Positions 19,132 to 26,396 of a stretch of 64,000 bases of DNA are shown here, one piece after another. This DNA is from Spirochaetes bacterium ADurb.Bin215 (GTDB lineage: Bacteria; Spirochaetota; Spirochaetia; Treponematales; Treponemataceae): positions 2,258 through 66,257 of the forward strand of contig MWCL01000004.1 of the NCBI GenBank assembly GCA_002070025.1. The letters are read 5' to 3'. Numbering within the stretch: position 1 is the first letter of the stretch; each line of letters opens with the position of its first letter. Under the pieces are notes generated by a model, which did no database searches, was not told the DNA's origin, and worked only from the letters and a program-made list of their open reading frames with translations. The position numbers were made by a program, and so were the translations under genes.

Positions 19132-19186
19132 GTCTTACCTCCGTATACCGGTAATATACGAAGAATTCTTCCGCGGGGAACCTTAA

Positions 19187-19981
19187 TTATTCAACAACAA
19201 GATAACGACGGGTAATTGTGTCAAACGCGTCCGGAGGAACGGTTTCCATGATTTCGTCATACAATGCTCGAAGTTTTCTGCCCCGGTACGTCTGCCCGAA
19301 GAGGCTGTATATGGCAACACGATCTTCATCAAGGGGAATAATCCGGATATCCTTGCTGTATCCCTTGCTGTTCATCTCGTAGACGAGGGACAGATAATTG
19401 ATATCCAGCAGGGCGTCAACCCGACCGTTCATGAGCTTGCGGTGATTGATTTCCCGAAATTCGGTCGTGGTAACCAGTTCCAGTTCAATCTGTTCATGCA
19501 GGATAAACGGTGGAACATAACCGCTCGTTATATACCCTATTGTCATACCGAACAAATCTTCCTGCGCGTTTATTGTTTCGAGAGGACTGTCACGACGAAC
19601 AACAATACACGAGGAAATATTCGCAAGCGGTCTGGACGGATAGAGAAACCGCGTCTCCCGATCGGGGATTTTCGTTATATTGGGAATAACATCTATCTCG
19701 CCATTCTCAAGCATCATTTCAAGCCGTGGTATGGGATAGGGTCCCGAAACGACGATGTCGGTATTCATGGCTGGCGCGAGGTATTCCCGCCAAAAATCAA
19801 CTGAAGCACCGCTCGCGTCACCATTCTCAGTACTCTTCATGAACGGCGCAAGAGAAAAAATGCCAATGCGTATTGTTTCCCGAACCGGCTTGCTGTCATC
19901 AGCGGACAAAACCGGCATTGAAAGCACAAAGACACACAAAAGCAGAACCGGCAGGAGCGATACCAATCGATTTCTAATCAT
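19187..19981 (-). CDS. Periplasmic solute-binding protein family 3-like protein
   Basis: Signal peptide, then IRIGIFSLAPFMK...VDFWREYLAPAM...IDVIPNITKIPDRE, which follows the SBP_bac_3 pattern. Its start overlaps the HD-GYP stop (TAATG). Confidence 0.65.
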   Translation of the reverse strand: MIRNRLVSLLPVLLLCVFVLSMPVLSADDSKPVRETIRIGIFSLAPFMKSTENGDASGASVDFWREYLAPAMNTDIVVSGPYPIPRLEMMLENGEIDVIPNITKIPDRETRFLYPSRPLANISSCIVVRRDSPLETINAQEDLFGMTIGYITSGYVPPFILHEQIELELVTTTEFREINHRKLMNGRVDALLDINYLSLVYEMNSKGYSKDIRIIPLDEDRVAIYSLFGQTYRGRKLRALYDEIMETVPPDAFDTITRRYLVVE

Positions 19982-20574
19982 TACGCCTCCTCCAAAACAA
20001 AGGGAAGCTTTCCCGAAGGGGCCATCTTCTCCATGCCGGAAAGAAACGTGTCCGCGAGAAACGGATCAAAGCTCACACCGCGTTCGTTCCGGATTATTTC
20101 CAGAGCTTCGGCTACTGGAAACGCCGGCTTGTATATCCGTTCGCTTACCAGGGCATCGTACACATCGGCAATGGACACAATTCTCGCTTCCAGCGGGATG
20201 GCTTCTCCCGCGAGACCTTCCGGATATCCTGAACCACACCACTTTTCATGATGGTACAGGACGATGTTTTTCGCTATGGGGTCTATGGCGTTATTGTCCA
20301 GAATACGGAATCCGATTCGTACATGTTCTTTGACCACTTCAAATTCTTCTTGTGTGAGTTTTCCCGGTTTCAGGAGGATTTGCTTTTCAACACCAACCTT
20401 ACCGATATCATGGAGTGGTGAATACATCTTGATTGCCTTTACAAAAAACTCATCCAGACCGGCCGCGCGGGCAATATATTCGGAGAGAAGCGAAATACGC
20501 TTGATATGGTTTCCGGTTTCCTCGTCGAAGTAGAAATTTGCGCTTTCAAGCGCGGCGACCATCGCCATGGTCAT
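19981..20574 (-). CDS. Stand-alone HD-GYP domain protein, probably the remnant of a REC-HD-GYP response regulator
   Basis: FDEETGNHIKRISLLSEYIA...SPLHDIGKVGV...LYHHEKWCGSGYPEGL...IADVYDAL. Confidence 0.8.
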   Translation of the reverse strand: MTMAMVAALESANFYFDEETGNHIKRISLLSEYIARAAGLDEFFVKAIKMYSPLHDIGKVGVEKQILLKPGKLTQEEFEVVKEHVRIGFRILDNNAIDPIAKNIVLYHHEKWCGSGYPEGLAGEAIPLEARIVSIADVYDALVSERIYKPAFPVAEALEIIRNERGVSFDPFLADTFLSGMEKMAPSGKLPFVLEEA

Positions 20575-20696
20575 GTGCTCAATCTTGTCGCCCTGATCGA
20601 AAACTCACCGAAAAACGGATCTTGACGGAGTTCGCGGCGCAGACTTTGCAGTACAATGGTTTCATCGTCTACGCAAACAATGTGGTGCTTTTTCAT
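20571..20696 (-). pseudogene. Receiver-domain N-terminal fragment (beta1-alpha1 only), a 41-codon ORF
   Basis: My own translation gives MKKHHIVCVDDETIVLQSLRRELRQDPFFGEF, then out-of-frame residues and a stop. There is an ATGA overlap with the upstream REC fragment and another with the downstream HD-GYP ORF. Confidence 0.55.
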
Positions 20697-20980
20697 GATC
20701 CATCCTGTTTTTCACAGCAGCATTTTTTAACCGCTTCCATGAGACGTTCCGGATCCCAGGGTTTCTCAATAACATCTGTTACACATCCAGTTTCAAGAAG
20801 ACGATTAATGACCGCCTCGTCTGCCTGTCCGGTTATCATGACCGCCTTGATATCGGGATATTGCTGCCGAACCTTTTCAAGGAATTCATCTCCCTTTATT
20901 CCCGGCATGAGCCAGTCCGATATGATAAGAATGAGTTTGACCCCCTCACGAGCCAGTTCCTCAACCCTCTGTGTCAACAT
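20693..20980 (-). pseudogene. Response-regulator receiver domain lacking its N-terminal third
   Basis: VEELAREGVKLILIISDWLMPGIKGDEFLEKVRQQYPDIKAVMITGQADE...IEKPWD corresponds to alpha2-beta3 through alpha5 of a CheY-like fold. The beta1 acidic pair is absent, and there is an in-frame stop immediately upstream of the ATG. Confidence 0.55.
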
Positions 20981-21191
20981 AGTTGTCGTCCACTAAGGAG
21001 GCAATTATATGAAGTACAGCAAGAGATTCAGGAACGCAATTCTGAGAAAAGTTCTGCCACCGGAAAATCGGAGCGTGTATTCAGTAGCAAAAGAAGCAGG
21101 TATAGCTCCGATTACTATTAACAGTTGGCTTGCCAAGCTCAAAGATGGTAAACTGGATATCGAACAGGATAGAGATGATCCAGTAAGCAGT
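20970..21191 (+). mobile_element. IS remnant: RBS plus about 60 codons of an IS3-type OrfA-like HTH transposase; no catalytic part
   Basis: AAGGAGG-N7-ATG at 21009, then [47 protein letters not shown] (HTH_Tnp_1-like pattern). The similarity ends where the antisense typA homology begins, at about 21191. The left boundary is approximate. Confidence 0.5.
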
Positions 21192-21515
21192 CGAAGCATC
21201 AACGAGCAGGATAACCCCGTCCACCATGGACAGGGCCCGCCCAACTTCGCCCCCAAAGTCAGCATGGCCGGGAGTGTCGAGCATGTTTATTTTGACACCT
21301 TTCCATACTACGGAGCAATTCTTTGCGGCGATGGTGATTCCGCGTTCCTTTTCAAGATCCATGTTGTCCATCATGCGTTCCGGCATTTCTTTGCCTTCAC
21401 GGAATGCGCCCGATTGCCCGAGCATTGCGTCTACCAGTGTGGTCTTGCCATGGTCAACATGCGCGATTATCGCGATGTTTCGTATCATGGGGTTCATTAC
21501 GTCTGTGTGTTTCAA
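21192..21515 (-). pseudogene. typA: 5' fragment (about 108 codons) of the translational GTPase TypA/BipA
   Basis: [22 protein letters not shown]...[10 protein letters not shown]...[12 protein letters not shown]...[12 protein letters not shown], after which the sequence is unrelated ([11 protein letters not shown]...). A full-length TypA is about 600 aa. Confidence 0.7.
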
Positions 21516-21620
21516 TGTAATTCCTGATTTCCCGGAGGAGCGCGGTAAGATTTCGTCAGTATAGAGGTTAAACGCGTGTTCGTATATGGATGAGGAAGGA
21601 GGGGCGGTGTTGTATTCCTG

Positions 21621-22706
21621 TTATTTCCCCGGCCGGCCGCTCTGGTGGATGGCCGAGCCGGTGAGGATGACCTTTCCACCTTCGAGGCCGACCTGACCGA
21701 GCACTTCGAGGGGCTTTTCCGGGTCAACGGAAAGGACTTTGCCAAAACGGACGGGAACGATGCCTTCGAGTACGTCGCGGGTGTCGTAGCCCACGAGGAG
21801 ATCGAATACCATAGCGTTCTCTCCGGAGACAACATTCGTCGCCATGCCCTTCCATACAACCCAGCAGTCAAGATAGAGCCAGGGCTCCTTGGAAACCTCG
21901 GCGTAGGTGTACACATCCTGAATGGTGTCGAATCCCTGCCTTGAAAGATAGCCCATGAGCTCGCGGGACTTCCGCTTTATGGCGACCGACGCGTTAGAGT
22001 TGAGTATGCGGTTTATTTCCACCTGCGCCGCGTTGTCACGGTAGGACTGGAAAAATTTCTGGGCTTTTTCGTAGCTCGCGAACAGTTCCTTTTCCGTAAG
22101 GACATACCGGTACGAACCGCTCATGGCGATGGCGTCTTCACGGTCGGCGGAGTCGAGCTCCAGGGCTGAAAGGTCAGCGCGGACCGGACCGGGATCGGCG
22201 GTAATGCCCCGGTACAGAAGAACGGCGGCAAGAGCGACGAGCGCGAGCGGTACCGCCTTCGCGGCGATTCGACCCGCGGTAAGGGGCCGCTTGATGCGCG
22301 GATAAAACCGCGCGATCTTCCCGGTTTCCACGAGCGCGGAAATGTTTTCCGGATCGCTCCCCTTCCGGATAAAGTCGAGCGACTTGCGGGCAAGCCGGTG
22401 GGACGGCGCGTATTCAAGCGCTTCCAGATAGTACTCCACCGCCTGGTGGGTGTCGCCTCGACGCAGATGGAGAGCAGCCTGGGCGACAAGGAGTTCCGGG
22501 TCGCGCATCTTGATCTGTCGGGCGCGCTGGAAATAAGTGGTCGCCCCGCCAATATCCCCGGTGTGCAGACAGGCCATGCCGAGGTAGAGGTAAAACGTGA
22601 ACGAATCCCGATACTGGATGGTATTCGGTTCGAGAAGGGTTATTACGTCATTGTATTTTTTGCGGTAAAACGCCCGTTTGGCACGTTCAAGAACGGTCAG
22701 TGGCAT
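21621..22706 (-). CDS. TPR-repeat protein with a central TM segment and a C-terminal domain of unknown function
   Basis: N-terminal TPRs (FYLYLGMACLHTGDIGGATTYFQRA, AALHLRRGDTHQAVEYYLEALE), then a TM segment (AAKAVPLALVALAAVLLY), then about 190 aa I could not assign. Confidence 0.6.
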   Translation of the reverse strand: MPLTVLERAKRAFYRKKYNDVITLLEPNTIQYRDSFTFYLYLGMACLHTGDIGGATTYFQRARQIKMRDPELLVAQAALHLRRGDTHQAVEYYLEALEYAPSHRLARKSLDFIRKGSDPENISALVETGKIARFYPRIKRPLTAGRIAAKAVPLALVALAAVLLYRGITADPGPVRADLSALELDSADREDAIAMSGSYRYVLTEKELFASYEKAQKFFQSYRDNAAQVEINRILNSNASVAIKRKSRELMGYLSRQGFDTIQDVYTYAEVSKEPWLYLDCWVVWKGMATNVVSGENAMVFDLLVGYDTRDVLEGIVPVRFGKVLSVDPEKPLEVLGQVGLEGGKVILTGSAIHQSGRPGK

Positions 22707-22709
22707 CGC

Positions 22710-23738
22710 TTATTCGGGTATCCTTTGCTCAAGCAGACTGTCCAGGGTCCGGTTCAGGTAGTCAAGTTCCTCGTCGGTCGCGATGGATGGATCCAGCTCG
22801 ATCTGGTCAATCCGGGCCAATATCTGCTCGATGAGTGAAAGCCGTTCATCCTCGGTTTTGGGCGAGGGGTCAAGCGACCAGACAATGTCTCCGGCGTCAA
22901 GGTCAGGAGCCGATGGAGCGTCCTGTATCCGGTAGGGACCAAAGAGCATACGGACGGTGTACAGAGCGTTCGCCGTTATGTTTTTTGTCGGCCAAACAAA
23001 GAGCACGGCCGAATCCTGCACCGAATAGAGCGTGTTGAACGAACGGCCGGGAAGAAAATCCGGCAACCAGGAAAGAGTGTTGAGCCGTTCCCAGTTCGCT
23101 ATATACAGGGCGGAAGGTACGGTAACGCCGCCGTCCCGGAGCTGGAACACAAAATTCTGCTGTTCGTTTCCGGTTATGAGAACAGAGTCGCGGTCAGCGC
23201 CCGGAATGATCCGTTCCTCGGCCGATATGCGGTTTCGTGTGTCGGTGTAAAAATGGATACCCTGCGTTTCACCGAGCATGGTGTCAAAGAGACCCTTGAG
23301 CGCGAAGTCCGCAGCAGTACCGGAGGTATTTTCCACCCGAACTTCCATGGCAACTGCGGTTGGAAATCCCCGGTTCTCCGGATCGACAAGACTGAATTCC
23401 TGTTCAATGTAAAAGTCGTCAGTTAAAAGAAATTTGAACATGGCGCCGTTTGCGGTACGAACCGCTTCCACTGGCTTGCCGGTCCGCGGCGCGAGTTTGA
23501 AAACGCTATCGTTAATCTGCACTGAAAGCCAGGAGGTCGTTCCGAAATTCCGGTCCTCGATGAGGGGTTCATACCGGTTCTTTCCGGTATCGGCGATATG
23601 ATACAAACAAAAGGTGCCGGTTTTGGGATGGAGAACGAGTTTCAGGTTCCCGCCGATGAGTTCGACCGGTTCTGAGAAAAGGGGGATGGCCATACAAATA
23701 ATCGCCAGCACAAGGCCTAATCGGCGTATGTGTTTCAT
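22710..23738 (-). CDS. Exported hypothetical protein
   Basis: Signal peptide MKHIRRLGLVLAIICMAIPLFS. No family recognised. Tightly packed between two TPR genes: its start overlaps the upstream gene's stop by 4 nt, and a 3-nt gap separates it from the next gene. Confidence 0.55.
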   Translation of the reverse strand: MKHIRRLGLVLAIICMAIPLFSEPVELIGGNLKLVLHPKTGTFCLYHIADTGKNRYEPLIEDRNFGTTSWLSVQINDSVFKLAPRTGKPVEAVRTANGAMFKFLLTDDFYIEQEFSLVDPENRGFPTAVAMEVRVENTSGTAADFALKGLFDTMLGETQGIHFYTDTRNRISAEERIIPGADRDSVLITGNEQQNFVFQLRDGGVTVPSALYIANWERLNTLSWLPDFLPGRSFNTLYSVQDSAVLFVWPTKNITANALYTVRMLFGPYRIQDAPSAPDLDAGDIVWSLDPSPKTEDERLSLIEQILARIDQIELDPSIATDEELDYLNRTLDSLLEQRIPE

Positions 23739-24679
23739 TGGGCTTCTCCTTCGAGAATCTGGTCGTACAGGGTTTGCAGGGACCGTGCCTTGTTCCGGAG
23801 TTCCTCGAGGGCGCGCCGTCGGCTGTCCGGATCTTCAGACGAGAGATCCGTATTTGCGGTACCGGAACTTGCCGGAATATCCGCGCCGGACACCAGGCCC
23901 GCAGCAAGCTCCGCGTTGCGAAGCTCGAGTTCGGAAATGCGGTCCATCAATTGCGCGTTCCGGGTTTTTTCTTCTCCGAGCTGCTGTTCAAGCTCGCCCA
24001 TGCGGGTATCCTTGATCATGTCCGAAATGCGCTTCTGGTATGCGGTTATCGCTTGTTCATAGGTACGTTCGCGCCGCTGATAATCTTCTATTATTCGAAG
24101 TGACTCTTCATGGCTCATCTTGAGAAGTTTGAGGAGTTCGTCCTCCTTGGCAGTCTGTTTGATGAGCGAAATGCGGTACGAAGCGGCTTCGCGCTTTATA
24201 CCCTGGGGCCACGAAGTAAGTACCAGTGAAAAAACGCTTCGGGCTTCCTCAAACCGTCCAACGGAATAGAGGTTCTCGCCGATCCAGTAGTATGCCGACG
24301 GAACCATGTCGTGAGACGGCCATTGTGATACAAATCGATACAGGGTCTGTATGGAGTCCTCGTGACTTCCCATAAGAAAATGCACCCGGCCTTCCTGATA
24401 GGTTATATCCGGGATTTTTTCATCGTCCGGGAATGACACGGTAAAACGCTGAATGTCCGAAAGGGCGGTCTTGATGTCTCCGGACGCGAGTTCCGACATG
24501 ATGAGCCAGTACCAGGGCTCTGCCCCGGCACCGGGGTTAGTTACCGCCCGCCGGAATGAAAGCGTGGCGGTCGACCAGTCAGATTTTGCGTACGCGTCGA
24601 GACCCGCCATGAGGGGATCCTGGGCGAACGCGGTTACGGCAGCGAGCAGCAGCACAAGAGCAATAGCCGGTTTTTTCAT
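23735..24679 (-). CDS. Exported TPR plus coiled-coil protein (resembles the YbgF/CpoB architecture)
   Basis: Signal peptide MKKPAIALVLLLAAVTAFAQ (internal ATG 24679 preferred over 24799). TPR-like repeats follow (AYYWIGENLYSVGRFEEARSVFSLVL), then a long heptad-like C-terminus. Confidence 0.6.
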   Translation of the reverse strand: MKKPAIALVLLLAAVTAFAQDPLMAGLDAYAKSDWSTATLSFRRAVTNPGAGAEPWYWLIMSELASGDIKTALSDIQRFTVSFPDDEKIPDITYQEGRVHFLMGSHEDSIQTLYRFVSQWPSHDMVPSAYYWIGENLYSVGRFEEARSVFSLVLTSWPQGIKREAASYRISLIKQTAKEDELLKLLKMSHEESLRIIEDYQRRERTYEQAITAYQKRISDMIKDTRMGELEQQLGEEKTRNAQLMDRISELELRNAELAAGLVSGADIPASSGTANTDLSSEDPDSRRRALEELRNKARSLQTLYDQILEGEAQ

Positions 24680-24713
24680 ACATACCTCTCCAAACCCGTC
24701 CTGCAGGAATTTC

Positions 24714-25343
24714 TTAGCAATCAAGCTCTCCGGTAAAAAAAGCCGAGCCGGAAACCACAAGATCCGTTCCGGCAGCGAGGACGGACGGCAGCGTTTCACA
24801 GTTCACCCCGCCGTCTACAGATACTATATACGAAAAATCGTTTTCCTGCTTGATTTTTTTTAGCTCCTGAACCTTTTCAAGACAGGACGCTATCATGGTC
24901 TGTCCGCCGAAGCCGGGATTGACCGTCATTACGAGAACCAGATCTACAAACGGCAACAATTCGCTGAGCGCGGCAACAGGGGTTGACGGCACGAGCGATA
25001 TTCCGGGTTTGCATCCCGCTTCCCGAATACGCTCGATAAGACGGTGCGCGTGCACTTCTGCCTCAACATGAAATGTAAGGTAATCCGCGCCGGCTTCCAG
25101 AAAGGAATCGGCCATTTCCGCGGGATTCGTCATCATGAGATGTACATCGAACGGAAGTTTTGTAAGTCCTCGAAGGGCGGCTATAACGGGCGGACCTATG
25201 GTCAGGTTGGGAACAAAGTGACCGTCCATTACGTCGATGTGGATCATGTCACCGCTTTTCTGTTCAATCTGTTCAATGGCTCTGCCAAGATGCGCAAAAT
25301 CTGCACTGAGCAGCGACGGGGCAAGAAGATACGGTCTTTTCAT
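24714..25343 (-). CDS. rpe: Ribulose-phosphate 3-epimerase
   Basis: LAPSLLSADFAHLG...IHIDVMDGHFVPNLTIGP...DVHLM...VNPGFGGQ...VDGG. Trimmed to ATG 25343; the ORF-track N-terminus is non-homologous. Confidence 0.9.
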   Translation of the reverse strand: MKRPYLLAPSLLSADFAHLGRAIEQIEQKSGDMIHIDVMDGHFVPNLTIGPPVIAALRGLTKLPFDVHLMMTNPAEMADSFLEAGADYLTFHVEAEVHAHRLIERIREAGCKPGISLVPSTPVAALSELLPFVDLVLVMTVNPGFGGQTMIASCLEKVQELKKIKQENDFSYIVSVDGGVNCETLPSVLAAGTDLVVSGSAFFTGELDC

Positions 25344-25391
25344 ACATGTATAGTAGCAAACTCCCTGCACGGTGTAAATAGAATACCTTAA

Positions 25392-25419
25392 TTGACTAAA
25401 CACGAGGAATGAGTATAAT
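25392..25419 (+). promoter_or_regulatory. Near-consensus sigma-70 promoter immediately upstream of the 25432 ORF
   Basis: TTGACT (25392-25397), a 16-nt spacer, then TATAAT (25414-25419). The ATG is only 12 nt downstream of the -10 element. Confidence 0.5.
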
Positions 25420-25431
25420 GGAAGAAGTATC

Positions 25432-26370
25432 ATGGCTATAGAACCAGTTCCCGGATTGTTACCGCAAGTGTATGAACTTCTCAAATCTGGCGAACTTGAG
25501 CAGGCAAACCGGGACCTCGCAAGACTCTTGCAGCAGGATCTGGAAAATGCTGAAGTTTTGTTTGCCCTGACCGGTGTCACCTTCTGGATCGACAAGCTGA
25601 AGCGCGCCCGCGAGTCATCTACCGATTTCGAGCGCGGTGAATACCTTGTGTCCCAGTGGAGGCCGTTTACGGCCTACATTGAAAAAACGGGCAGGATCTA
25701 TGAAGTGGGCATGTACGCGATACGGCAATGTGTCTTTACGCTTGCCCTCCGGTTTTATCAGTCTTTGTACCGCGAAGACGGAACCGCGCAGGAAGCGGAA
25801 CTGTACCGGAAAATTGGTCTTTGTTACAAGTCGCTCGGGGACTATGAACGTGCGCTGCATCTGCTTGAACAGGCAGTAAATGCGGATCGCGATTCACCGG
25901 CCATTCTGGCCGAGCTGGGCGACTGCTATGCGCTGTGCGGGGAAATGCGTCTTGCAAAGGTGTATTTCCGGGAAGCCTTTTTTCAGGGAGCCAATGCGGT
26001 TGATCTGCATTTCCTTGAATCGGAGATAATCCGCCGTCTGATCTCGCAAGTTCAGGCGCTCGGTTTTTCCGGACAGGTTCTTGCCGAATGGCTTCCGGTG
26101 TACGGTGTTCTCTACGGGGTTTTAAACGTGAAGCGTGAGCTTCGGGCGCTCGAATTCGGGAAGCTCAAGCAGGCGATCTTTGCGCTTGAAAATGAAATAA
26201 AGGATGCGTCCGAGCAGTCCAGACTGGTTCTGGTTCCGCGGCTCATCAATCACTATTTTTGGCTGATCGATCATTATATCAATGTCAATGACGATAAGAC
26301 CAGAATAAATGAAGTGTTACTTAAAATCAAATTGCTGGATACCGACGTGTACAACCGGTACACCGTGTAG
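25432..26370 (+). CDS. Cytoplasmic TPR-like hypothetical protein
   Basis: TPR-like segment AELYRKIGLCYKSLGDYERALHLLEQAVNADRDSPAILAELGDCYALCGEMRLAKVYF. No signal peptide. Co-directional with greA. Confidence 0.55.
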   Translation: MAIEPVPGLLPQVYELLKSGELEQANRDLARLLQQDLENAEVLFALTGVTFWIDKLKRARESSTDFERGEYLVSQWRPFTAYIEKTGRIYEVGMYAIRQCVFTLALRFYQSLYREDGTAQEAELYRKIGLCYKSLGDYERALHLLEQAVNADRDSPAILAELGDCYALCGEMRLAKVYFREAFFQGANAVDLHFLESEIIRRLISQVQALGFSGQVLAEWLPVYGVLYGVLNVKRELRALEFGKLKQAIFALENEIKDASEQSRLVLVPRLINHYFWLIDHYINVNDDKTRINEVLLKIKLLDTDVYNRYTV

Positions 26371-26396
26371 AACCGGCGTTTGCAGGAGAAATTACC

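Noticed and set aside
20981-20998. VDDN, read on the minus strand just upstream of the truncated receiver ORF, as a possible beta1 acidic pocket joined to it by a frameshift.
   Set aside because: It is out of frame. Even if joined, it would place the DD pair only ~24 residues before the phospho-acceptor Asp, whereas receiver domains have ~40-45. It also overlaps the complement of the transposase RBS, so it is more likely IS-derived sequence.
21009-21527. A 172-aa plus-strand ORF that could be taken for an intact gene.
   Set aside because: It is a chimera. Only the first ~60 codons resemble a transposase HTH. The remainder is the antisense reading of the typA fragment and carries no motifs.
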